This document shows, in pieces, positions 7,138-15,880 of a DNA stretch of 64,000 bases. Position 1 is the first letter of the stretch. Each line of letters opens with the position of its first letter. Made by a program: the position numbers and the translations under genes. This stretch comes from a virus: positions 5,486-69,485 of the IMG/VR virus record IMGVR_UViG_3300034257_000053. The stretch is one strand, 5' to 3'. The notes beneath the pieces are model-generated. The model searched no databases. It saw only the letters and a program-made list of their open reading frames with translations, and was not told the DNA's origin.

Positions 7138-9473
7138 GCCGGGACATTCTCGTCGGCGACCTCTTGCGTGACACCGCTGGAGCCACGGAGGAGATGCTGG
7201 TTGCCGATCTCCTGTGCGGCGCTGGCGGGTCCTCGACCGGTTGCGAGCAGGCGCTCGCCGAACTCGGCCTCAAGATGAAACTGGTGTGTGTCAACCATTG
7301 GCCGATCGCGATCGAGACACACAAGGCGAACCACCCGCTGGCGCGCCACTACTGCCAGGACATCGCGACGGTGCGGCCGCACATCGTGGTCCCGGAGGGC
7401 TATCTCGATCTCCTGCTCGCCTCGCCGACGTGCACGCATCACAGCGTGGCGCGCGGCGGTAAGCCGACGAGCGATCAGCAGCGCTCGGACCCGTGGCACA
7501 TCATCACCTGGTTCACCGAACTGCGCGTCAAGCGCGCGATCATCGAGAACGTGTGGGAGTTCACCGGCTGGGGTCCGGTCGATCCGGCAACCGGGCGTCC
7601 GATCAAGGATCGCAAAGGCGAGTATCACGCCGCGTGGATCGACACGATCCGGAAGCTCGGTGCGACCAGCATCGAATGGCGCAAGCTCAACTCGGCGATG
7701 TTCGGTGCGGCGACGACGCGCCAGCGCTACTTCTGCATCATCCGGTTCGACGGGAAGCCGATCGTATTTCCGGCGGCGACACACCGCAAGCGCGAGCCCG
7801 GCGTCACGATCATCCCGGGCGGCCTCAAGCCATGGCGCGCGGCGCGCGAGATCATCGACTGGTCGATCAAGGGCAAGTCGATCTTCAGTCGCAAAACTCC
7901 GCTCGCGCCCAAGACGCTCGATCGGTTGCTCGCCGGAGCGCTGAAATTCGACTGGCCGGTGGAACTGGTCGCGATGATCGCGGGCGAGCTTGAGCGCTCG
8001 CTGCTGTTCTTCATCGCGCTGCTGTTCAACGCGCGGAACAAGCAGACCAAGGCCGAGGCGCGCCGCAAGTGCCTCTCGCGCCTTGGGCAGAATGTCGTGC
8101 GGCTGCGCCGGCTGCGAACCGAGGCGATCATGGTGCGCGCGTCGGGCTCGAGCGGCCCGATGCTGGTGACCCTGCGGCGCAATGCCGACGCCCGCTCGAT
8201 CGACCTGCCCATCCCAGCACTCGCGGCGGCCGGCACGCACGTCGCCCTGGCGCAGCCGGTGATGCTGGCCAATCGCAGCAACAATGTGCCGAAGGCGCCC
8301 GATGCCGATCCGGCTCCGTGTTTCACCACCGCACCCGGCGGCGGAATCGCGCTTGCCGAGGCGATGATCATTTCGCCGCGCCACGGCAAGGAGGGCGCAG
8401 GTCCGCGGCCGCGCGCAGCAAGCGAGCCGGTGCCGACGATCAGCGCCGGTGGCAGCCAGTTCGCGGTCGCCGAGCCGGTGATGGTCAACGGCCGCAAGAA
8501 CAACAAAGCGAAACCTGTCTCGACCGAGCCCGTTCCGGCGCTCGACACCAAGGGCGGTGTCTGGCTCGCCGAACCGTTCGTGCTCGCGACGGGCAGCTCG
8601 GGAGCGCCGCGTGCGACGAGCGAGCCGTTACCGACAGCGACGACCGGCGGTGCTGGAACCGAGGACCACCCCGGTTGCGCCCGGCCGATGCTGGCCGAGC
8701 CATTCGTCGCAACCGTGGCGCACGGCAATGATGCCGACGACGCGACCGCGAACGTGAGGCGATCGCAAAGCGTCGAACAGCCGCTGGGCACGGTCCAGGC
8801 CCTGGGCGGAAAGTTCGGCCTTGCCGAAGCCTTCGTCCTCTCGCGACAGGGTGGCGGCGCGCCGCGCTCCGTCGACGATCCGACGCCGGCGCAGGTCGCG
8901 AAGCACTCGCGCATCCTGATCATGCCGTATTACGGCTCGGGCAGTGGCGAGACCTGCGGCACGGTCGAGAATCCGCTCCCGGCATGCACCGCGAAGGCCC
9001 GCTTCGGCATCGTGATGCCGGTCACGCACAGCGACAGCAGCAACCGCGCTCGCGATGTTGAGGTCGATCCGCTGCCGACCTTGACGACCGCGCGGCGCGG
9101 TGAGCTGGCCTTCATCGCGGCACAGTTCGGCGAACGCGAAGGCCAGGAGCCGCGCGTGCACGATCTCGATGAACCGCTGCCGACGCCGTGCGCGACCGGG
9201 CACGTCAACCTGGTGCAGGGCGTCGTCTACCACCTCGATCTCGATGCGTGCCGCAAGGTCTACGACGTGCTGTTCCGCATGCTCGAGCCGCACGAACTCG
9301 CCGCCGCGATGGGCTTCACCAGCGACGAGGCGCGTTACGTTTTTGCCGGCAACAAAACCGAGCAGGTCAAGCAGATCGGCAATGCCGTCGAGGTGCGCAC
9401 GATGCGCGCGCTGGTGCGCGCGGTGATGGCCGACGAGGCATGCGACGTCGAGCAACTGATAGCTGCGGAATGA
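7134..9473 (+). CDS. C5-cytosine DNA methyltransferase with long repeat-rich insertion
   Basis: DLLCGAGG, ASPTCTHHS, IENV, RQRYF, KQIGNAV. Confidence 0.93.
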   Translation: MSRDILVGDLLRDTAGATEEMLVADLLCGAGGSSTGCEQALAELGLKMKLVCVNHWPIAIETHKANHPLARHYCQDIATVRPHIVVPEGYLDLLLASPTCTHHSVARGGKPTSDQQRSDPWHIITWFTELRVKRAIIENVWEFTGWGPVDPATGRPIKDRKGEYHAAWIDTIRKLGATSIEWRKLNSAMFGAATTRQRYFCIIRFDGKPIVFPAATHRKREPGVTIIPGGLKPWRAAREIIDWSIKGKSIFSRKTPLAPKTLDRLLAGALKFDWPVELVAMIAGELERSLLFFIALLFNARNKQTKAEARRKCLSRLGQNVVRLRRLRTEAIMVRASGSSGPMLVTLRRNADARSIDLPIPALAAAGTHVALAQPVMLANRSNNVPKAPDADPAPCFTTAPGGGIALAEAMIISPRHGKEGAGPRPRAASEPVPTISAGGSQFAVAEPVMVNGRKNNKAKPVSTEPVPALDTKGGVWLAEPFVLATGSSGAPRATSEPLPTATTGGAGTEDHPGCARPMLAEPFVATVAHGNDADDATANVRRSQSVEQPLGTVQALGGKFGLAEAFVLSRQGGGAPRSVDDPTPAQVAKHSRILIMPYYGSGSGETCGTVENPLPACTAKARFGIVMPVTHSDSSNRARDVEVDPLPTLTTARRGELAFIAAQFGEREGQEPRVHDLDEPLPTPCATGHVNLVQGVVYHLDLDACRKVYDVLFRMLEPHELAAAMGFTSDEARYVFAGNKTEQVKQIGNAVEVRTMRALVRAVMADEACDVEQLIAAE

Positions 9474-9519
9474 GCGTTCGTTGCGTGTGTGCGTTCACAA
9501 CTCAGGCAGGGAGAGCGAC

Positions 9520-9693
9520 ATGCTCCAAGCGCACTACGTGGTCGACATCACCTGGACCGGCCCCGACGACCAGCCGGTCACCAAGGAAGGGCTCTACTTC
9601 AAGGACGAGGCACTCGCGAACGCCGCCGTCACCACCATCAACGGCGTCGGCTTTGCCTCCGCCGCCGTCCGTCCGATCGCGGTTTTCGTTTGA
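9520..9693 (+). CDS. Hypothetical protein
   Basis: GGGAGAG RBS before ATG; typical codon usage. Confidence 0.55.
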   Translation: MLQAHYVVDITWTGPDDQPVTKEGLYFKDEALANAAVTTINGVGFASAAVRPIAVFV

Positions 9694-9769
9694 TCGCGGG
9701 ATGCCGCCGGTGCGGATCAACTCCGCACCGCGCGGCGCTCGGCATTTCGGAACAGCGGTGAGGTAGGCC

Positions 9770-10318
9770 ATGGCCACCAAAAATGATCCGGGCAAATTCG
9801 ACTGCTACGGCGCCGCGCGCTGGGACGAGCCGTTGTTCGTCTTGCTCGCGCGCGACATCAGCGCCCCGCTGGTCGTGATGTTCTGGGGGCTGTGCCGCGC
9901 GGTTCTGATCCTGATCCGTGTGAAACCCTCCACCGACTGGCCGATGGTGCGCGAGGCGTTTGCATGCGCGCGATCAATGTGGCGCTACGAAAGGCCGAGC
10001 CGGTGGCGGGACGCGGGGCGGTCGAGCGACACGACGGTGAAGATCGACGTGGCGGGGACCACGATCGAGGTGTTCGTCGAATACACATTCTCGGCGGGCG
10101 GCTCTGATTTCTTTGCCGGCGGGTGCTGGCAGCCGGGTGATGGCGACGACATCCAGTTCCTCGACATCTGGGTGGTCAACCCGGTCGACGGCAAGCACGT
10201 GCTCGCGCCGCCATGGCTCACCGAGATCGTGAGCAACAGCGCGCCGGTCTACCAGCAGATTTGCGATGCCGAGTTCGACAGCGCCGCCTCCGATGACGAG
10301 GAGCGGTATCGCCCATGA
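9770..10318 (+). CDS. Conserved phage hypothetical protein (DEP.FVLLARD motif)
   Basis: GAGG RBS; N-terminal TKN.PGKFDCY...DEPLFVLLARD segment recalled from phage proteins. Confidence 0.65.
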   Translation: MATKNDPGKFDCYGAARWDEPLFVLLARDISAPLVVMFWGLCRAVLILIRVKPSTDWPMVREAFACARSMWRYERPSRWRDAGRSSDTTVKIDVAGTTIEVFVEYTFSAGGSDFFAGGCWQPGDGDDIQFLDIWVVNPVDGKHVLAPPWLTEIVSNSAPVYQQICDAEFDSAASDDEERYRP

Positions 10319-10593
10319 CGCGCCAGGCCGCAGCTTTTCGAAATCCGTGGGGCGATCTGCCGATGCCGCCGACGCCGGACGGTTTCAAGACGATCGACTG
10401 TGCGCCGCGCGACGGCACGTTCGTGCGGCTGCGCTTTCGTCCCGGGATTCTCATGATGGGCGACCACGAGGAGCTCGGTGCGTGGCGTCCCGACGCGAGC
10501 ATGATCGCGGGCGGTTGGTGGTTCAACCGCGGCGGCTTCTACGTCACGCCCGGCCCGCTGTTCTGGGCGCCGGAGGAAGGGGGTTTTCAATGA
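10315..10593 (+). CDS. DUF551-like small phage protein
   Basis: FKTIDCAPRDGTFV resembles the W.PIETAPKDGT motif. Confidence 0.55.
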   Translation: MTRQAAAFRNPWGDLPMPPTPDGFKTIDCAPRDGTFVRLRFRPGILMMGDHEELGAWRPDASMIAGGWWFNRGGFYVTPGPLFWAPEEGGFQ

Positions 10594-10847
10594 GCCAGGA
10601 ACTTTATCGCGATCAGGACAGCCCGGTGCCGATGGTTGATGCGCGCAACACCGTCACGGTGGCTGATCTCGCGAAACTGTTGGCGTTCACGCTCGGCGCC
10701 GAGGTTCTGATCGGACTCGCCACCGAGATCGAGTGGGCGACGATCCTGTATGGGGTGGGGACCACGCTTTCGTTCGGCGTCGGCACGATCGTGTTCGTCG
10801 CGATCAAGACCAAGCGCCGAATCCAATGGCCGGCGAGGCGCGCATGA
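10590..10847 (+). CDS. Small membrane protein
   Basis: Two hydrophobic segments; ATGA overlaps. Confidence 0.6.
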   Translation: MSQELYRDQDSPVPMVDARNTVTVADLAKLLAFTLGAEVLIGLATEIEWATILYGVGTTLSFGVGTIVFVAIKTKRRIQWPARRA

Positions 10848-11566
10848 CGCTCGGCTCGCACCAGCAGTCGATCGGCCGGAGCCAGGTGGCGATCACGCCG
10901 CGCATCATCATCGCGCGGACCGGGCCATACGATCTCGACCCCTGCGCCAGCGACCCGCAGCCGTGGCCGTGTGCGGCGGTGAGCTACACCGAGGCCGACG
11001 ACGGGTTGTCGCTGCCGTGGTTCGGCCGCGTCTTTCTCAACCCGCCGTTCGATCGCCGCGTCGTCGGCGCCTGGATCATGCGCATGATCGCGCACGGGCA
11101 CGGCACGCTGCTGGTGCACGCGCGCACCGAGACCAACTGGTTCTGGCCGATCTGGGATACGGCCGCGGCGCTCCTGTTCCTGCGCCGGCGGCAGCGCTTT
11201 CACCAGCCCGACGGCTCGCTGTTTCTCAACCGGCAGGGTCAGCCGAAGGACTCCGGCGCGCCAGTGGTCCTCGCCGCGTTCGGCTTCCGCGATGCCGAGA
11301 TTCTCGCCGACTGCGGGCTTGAGGGAAAGCTCGTGCCGCTGCTGCTGCCGCGCGGCGTGCTGATCACGGCGCTCGCCGAGCCGACTTGGGTAGGCCTCGT
11401 CTCCGCGTTCGTGCACGAGCGCGGCCGCGCCTCGATCGACGAGATCCTTCGCTTCGTCTCCGCGCATCGCAAGGCGCGCGGCAACAACCACGTGCGCGCG
11501 AAGCTGCGCCAGATCCTCAACAGCGACGGCTTCCGGCGCGACGGCAGCGAATGGGTGACGGCATGA
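10844..11566 (+). CDS. Phage N6-adenine methyltransferase (NPPF type), paralogue 1
   Basis: DLDPCA, DDGLSLPWFGRVFLNPPF, ARTET.WF. Confidence 0.88.
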   Translation: MTLGSHQQSIGRSQVAITPRIIIARTGPYDLDPCASDPQPWPCAAVSYTEADDGLSLPWFGRVFLNPPFDRRVVGAWIMRMIAHGHGTLLVHARTETNWFWPIWDTAAALLFLRRRQRFHQPDGSLFLNRQGQPKDSGAPVVLAAFGFRDAEILADCGLEGKLVPLLLPRGVLITALAEPTWVGLVSAFVHERGRASIDEILRFVSAHRKARGNNHVRAKLRQILNSDGFRRDGSEWVTA

Positions 11567-11928
11567 CCGAAGCGCTGCTGCGCAGAGTGGTCGATCTCAC
11601 ATGGGCCCATGCCTTTGAGAACGAGAGCGTGCAGTCAAGCGAGGTGGCGACCAGGATCATCGACGCCGCACGCGCAAGCTTCGTTGCGGATGCAAAGTTC
11701 GCGTTCGTGGAAGCGGGTCATCCGCTTCCCGACTATATCATCGAGCGCATACGCCCCGGTGACCGGGTGCTGGTCGAGGCCATCGTCCGGACCGGCTTTA
11801 ACGGTGCCGTGTGCACGAATTGGCCGATCAGGATTGAACTCGACACTGGCGAGTCCGACACCGTCGATATCAAGGGCAACGTGCATCGCTCCGCGCTCCG
11901 CGCCGTGGTGGAGCGCGCGAAGCCATGA
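11563..11928 (+). CDS. Hypothetical protein
   Basis: ATGA overlaps on both sides. Confidence 0.6.
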   Translation: MTEALLRRVVDLTWAHAFENESVQSSEVATRIIDAARASFVADAKFAFVEAGHPLPDYIIERIRPGDRVLVEAIVRTGFNGAVCTNWPIRIELDTGESDTVDIKGNVHRSALRAVVERAKP

Positions 11929-12710
11929 CGATGGGCTCGCACCAAACGTCCGTCGGCAAGAACGACAGCCGCTTCACGCCGCAGTGGCTTTGGCGGCCGC
12001 TCAATCCTTTCGCTACCGACGCGGCGACCGGCGCCGTGCGGCCATGGGACATCGGGACCGAGCGCAACATCACGATCGCCGACAACTGCCTTGCGATGGA
12101 CTGGCAGCCGTTCGGGCGGACCTGGCTCAATCCCCCGTTCAACCGCTTCGGCGTCGGCGCGTTCGTCAGGAAGATGTGCGAGCACAACCACGGCATCATG
12201 CTGTTGCACAATCGTCCCGAGACGAAGTGGTTTCGGCCGATCTTCGGTGCGGCGACGGCAAGGCTCTATCTCGATCGCCGCGTCATTTTCTGCAACGCCG
12301 ACGGCTCGCCATGCACGATCGAGAATCCGGAGGCGAAGCACTACGGCAAACAGGCCAATTCCGGCGCGCCGGTAGTGCTGATCGCCTTCGGTTTCCCGGA
12401 TGCCGACGTGCTCTACGGTTTCGATATCGCCAACAACCCGCCCGGTGAACTGCACGGCAATTTCGAAGCGATGATGCTGCCGGTGTCGGTGCTGGTGCGC
12501 ATGATCGAGGCGCCGCCGTCCTGGCGCGCGCTGGTCGCCTCATTCCTGCGCTCGGTGAACCGGCCGGTGTCGGTCGCCGAGGTCTACGAGTTCGTGCGCG
12601 GCCACGACAAGACGCGCGATCGCGCGCACTGGCGCGAGAAGGTGCGCCAGACACTCGTCCGCGGCGCGGGCCTGCGCATCGCCCCGAACCAATGGGTGGC
12701 GGCCGCATGA
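11925..12710 (+). CDS. Phage N6-adenine methyltransferase (NPPF type), paralogue 2
   Basis: FTPQWL, DNCLAMDW, WLNPPF, RPETKWF. Confidence 0.85.
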   Translation: MTMGSHQTSVGKNDSRFTPQWLWRPLNPFATDAATGAVRPWDIGTERNITIADNCLAMDWQPFGRTWLNPPFNRFGVGAFVRKMCEHNHGIMLLHNRPETKWFRPIFGAATARLYLDRRVIFCNADGSPCTIENPEAKHYGKQANSGAPVVLIAFGFPDADVLYGFDIANNPPGELHGNFEAMMLPVSVLVRMIEAPPSWRALVASFLRSVNRPVSVAEVYEFVRGHDKTRDRAHWREKVRQTLVRGAGLRIAPNQWVAAA

Positions 12711-13072
12711 TGGTCACCTACGACGCGATGCGGGTGCTGCGGGAATTTCTGCTCGCCAGCGAGCCGCGGTGCGGTGCCGAGATCATCCGGGCGCTGAAGG
12801 AAGCGCCGGACCCGTTCCGATCCTGGCTCAAGAAGCCGACCATAGGGGCCGGCACGCTCTACCCGATGCTGGCACGCTTGAAGGGGGCGGGCTTCATCGC
12901 GCTCGTCGCGTCGTTGCCGGCGCCTGACGCCCCGACCGCGCACTTCTACCGGATCACACCGGAGGGCCGCGTCGTTTTTCTCGAGAAGCTTTGTCGGCTC
13001 ACGATACCGACCACCGAATGGAACAGTGAGGAGTTCGAGCAGCGGCAGAGTGCAATGGGGGCCGCCCCATGA
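12707..13072 (+). CDS. PadR-like winged-helix regulator
   Basis: GAGTLYPMLARLKGAGFI...FYRITPEGR. Confidence 0.8.
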   Translation: MMVTYDAMRVLREFLLASEPRCGAEIIRALKEAPDPFRSWLKKPTIGAGTLYPMLARLKGAGFIALVASLPAPDAPTAHFYRITPEGRVVFLEKLCRLTIPTTEWNSEEFEQRQSAMGAAP

Positions 13073-13884
13073 GCATCCGCGCGCCCGACATCATCGCTGC
13101 GATGAAACTCCGGTATCCGCTGCCGGAGTGGGCGCTGATGTTCCAGGTAGCAAACGGCACCGGTGCCAGCCAGTCGCGCTATGCCGATGCGCTTGCGATG
13201 AACCTGTATCCGTCGCGCGGGCTCGAACTGCACGGTTTCGAGATCAAGGTCGATCGCCGCGACTGGCAGCGCGAACTCGCCAATCCGGACAAGGCAGAGT
13301 CCATCGCGCGGTTCTGCGAGCGCTGGTGGGTCGCGGCGCCGAAGGAGATCGTGAAGCGTGAAGAACTACCCGCGGGCTGGGGGCTGATCGAGTTCGACGG
13401 CAAGACGCTCAAGCAGGCGGTCGCCGCGCCACTCCTGACAGCGCAACCTCTCGACCGACCGTTCATCGCCGCAATGCTGCGCCGCTCGGCCGAAATCGAC
13501 CAAGCCGTCGTGAAGGCCGTTGTTGACGCCAAGGTCGCCGAACTGCGCGCAAGGGACGAGCAGCACCAGGAGGAAGCCCTCCGCCAGCGAACGCGCGACT
13601 TGCAGGCGAAAATTGATCGAGTTGATGCCATCGAGCGCCAGATAGGCATGCCGCTCGTGAACATCGACTTCAACAACTACGGCACCGGCGAGGACATCGG
13701 TCGCGCGATCAAGATGATCATCGCGACGGGGTTGCCGGCGGTGCACTCGGGCCTGCGCAGGTTCGCGGTCGAGCAACGGGAGACTGCCGACAAGCTCGAC
13801 CGCCATTTCGCGGTGATTGATGGCGTTGCGCCACACGTTGAGCATCCTGAATTGTTGGCGCCAGGTCGGAGGCGGCGGGCATGA
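13069..13884 (+). CDS. MmcB-like PD-(D/E)xK nuclease-fold protein
   Basis: ADALAM...GFEIKVDRRDW..EL..P.K; ELPAGWGL. Confidence 0.7.
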   Translation: MSIRAPDIIAAMKLRYPLPEWALMFQVANGTGASQSRYADALAMNLYPSRGLELHGFEIKVDRRDWQRELANPDKAESIARFCERWWVAAPKEIVKREELPAGWGLIEFDGKTLKQAVAAPLLTAQPLDRPFIAAMLRRSAEIDQAVVKAVVDAKVAELRARDEQHQEEALRQRTRDLQAKIDRVDAIERQIGMPLVNIDFNNYGTGEDIGRAIKMIIATGLPAVHSGLRRFAVEQRETADKLDRHFAVIDGVAPHVEHPELLAPGRRRRA

Positions 13885-14105
13885 TGACAGCGTTCATCAG
13901 TGGCTATCACCTCTGCCTCCTCGTCGCCGGTTCCCTGCTGACGTGCTCCATGATCTTCGGGATGTACCGCGGTGACTTTGCGCGCGGGACGTTCTTCGCC
14001 GCGTGGGCAATCGTCGCGATCGGCGCGGCGGTGCTGCACCAGCTCAATGTGTTGGTGGATGGGATCACTGTCGTGCTCTACGTGCTGGGAGCGCGGCCGC
14101 TATGA
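13881..14105 (+). CDS. Small membrane protein
   Basis: Hydrophobic; ATGA overlaps. Confidence 0.55.
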   Translation: MMTAFISGYHLCLLVAGSLLTCSMIFGMYRGDFARGTFFAAWAIVAIGAAVLHQLNVLVDGITVVLYVLGARPL

Positions 14106-15880
14106 GGTTCTCGCAAGACTTCCTCGACGAACTGCGCGCCCGGCTGCCGGTGTCCGAGGTGGTCGGCCGGCGCGTCAAGCTGAAAAAGGCCGGCCGCGAG
14201 TGGAAGGGCCTCTCGCCGTTCAACAAGGAGAACACCGCCTCGCTGTTCTGCAACGACCAGAAGATGGCGTGGTTCGATTTTTCCAGCGGCAAGAACGGCA
14301 CGATCTTCGACTTCGTGATGCTGACCGAGGGCGTGACGTTCCCCGAGGCGGTGGAGCGGCTGGCCGTTATGGCAGGTCTGCCGCTACCGCAGCGGTCACC
14401 TGACGAAGACGAGCGCGCGGAGCGGCGCAAGACGATCTACGAAGTGCTCGAACTCGCCGCCAAGTTCTTCGAGGCTACGCTGACGGCGCGCACCGGTGCG
14501 CAGGCCCGCGGTTATTGCGCCGATCGTCAGCTCGATCCCAAGACACAGCTTGCCTTCCGCATCGGCTACGCGCCGGCCGAGCGCTTCGCCCTGAAAGAAC
14601 ATCTCGGCAGCCAGGGCATCTCGACCCCCGACATGATCGCGGCCGGGCTCCTGGTGCATGGCGACGACATCCCGGTGCCCTACGATCGCTTCCGCCAGCG
14701 GGTGATGTTCCCGATCACCGACCTGCGCGGCCGCGTGGTCGGCTTCGGCGGCCGCGCGCTGCATCCCGACGCGAAGGCGAAGTATCTCAATTCGCCGGAG
14801 ACCGAACTCTTTCACAAGGGCGCGCTGCTCTACAACGGAGCGGCCGCGCGCAAGGCCATCCTGGAAGCCAAAAGCGGCGCGCGCGACCCGACGCTGGTCG
14901 TGGTCGAGGGCTACACCGACGTCGTCTCGATGGTGCGCGAGGGATTCCCCGCAACCGTAGCCCCGCTCGGCACGGCGCTGACCGAGGATCAGCTCGCGCT
15001 GCTCTGGAAGCTCTCCGACGAGCCGGTGCTGTGTTTCGACGGCGATCCGGCCGGGCGGCGCGCCGCCTACCGCGCCATCGACCTTGCGCTCCCGCATATC
15101 AGCGCCGGCAAGAGCCTTCGTTTTGCGTCGATGCCGTCGGGTCACGATCCCGACGATGTCGCACGCCGCGGTGGCCACCAGGCGCTCGCGCTCGTGATCG
15201 GCGCGGCGGTGCCGATGGCCGACATGCTGTGGCGCCGGGAAACCGAAGCCGGTGGCTTCGATACGCCGGAACGCCGCGCCGCGCTCGAGGCGCGCTTCGA
15301 GGCCGCCGCCTCAACGATCGGCGATCGCCGTGTCGCCTATCAATACCGCCAGGAAATGCGGCAACGTTGCTGGCACACGTTCCGCGGTGTGAAGCGCAAG
15401 GCGTTCGCCGGCGGGCAGCCGAGCGATGAACTCGCGAACACACGTCTGGTGGTCGACGGCCTCGCGGCCGCGGGCGAGCTGGCGGTGGTCGCCGCGCTGC
15501 TGCGCTGGCCCGCGCTGATCGAACAGCACGCCGAGGCCGTTGCCAACATTCCGTTCCGCGATCCCGATGCGAACGCGCTGGTCGAGGTGCTGCTCGGCTG
15601 GGTCGCCAGCGGTTTCAAGGGCCCGGTGCGCGACGCGCTTGCCGGGATGCACGAGGCCGCGCTGGCGCGGTGCGACGCCGCCGCGCGGCTGTTGCCCGGG
15701 GAGGATGACGTGCCGGCGTGGTGGGAGCGCTCCGTCGCGCTGCTGCTTGCGCAGCAGGAGGCGCGAGACGCCGCGGCCGATCTCGAACGCGAACCGACCG
15801 AGGAAGCGGTGCGGCGGCTGCGCGATGCGCACGTCGCACTGGAGCGCGCTGGCAAGGTGCCGGCACAGGAGGCGCTATGA
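14102..15880 (+). CDS. dnaG: DNA primase, bacterial DnaG type
   Basis: YDRFRQRVMFPI, GFGGR, AKYLNSPET, VEGYTDV, LCFDGD.AG, DPDD. Confidence 0.95.
   Translation: MRFSQDFLDELRARLPVSEVVGRRVKLKKAGREWKGLSPFNKENTASLFCNDQKMAWFDFSSGKNGTIFDFVMLTEGVTFPEAVERLAVMAGLPLPQRSPDEDERAERRKTIYEVLELAAKFFEATLTARTGAQARGYCADRQLDPKTQLAFRIGYAPAERFALKEHLGSQGISTPDMIAAGLLVHGDDIPVPYDRFRQRVMFPITDLRGRVVGFGGRALHPDAKAKYLNSPETELFHKGALLYNGAAARKAILEAKSGARDPTLVVVEGYTDVVSMVREGFPATVAPLGTALTEDQLALLWKLSDEPVLCFDGDPAGRRAAYRAIDLALPHISAGKSLRFASMPSGHDPDDVARRGGHQALALVIGAAVPMADMLWRRETEAGGFDTPERRAALEARFEAAASTIGDRRVAYQYRQEMRQRCWHTFRGVKRKAFAGGQPSDELANTRLVVDGLAAAGELAVVAALLRWPALIEQHAEAVANIPFRDPDANALVEVLLGWVASGFKGPVRDALAGMHEAALARCDAAARLLPGEDDVPAWWERSVALLLAQQEARDAAADLEREPTEEAVRRLRDAHVALERAGKVPAQEAL

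Noticed and set aside
9700-9750. Intergenic hairpin GGTGCGGA-TCAAC-TCCGCACC
   Set aside because: Single copy, no U-tract and no match to hairpin A or element B; no function can be supported
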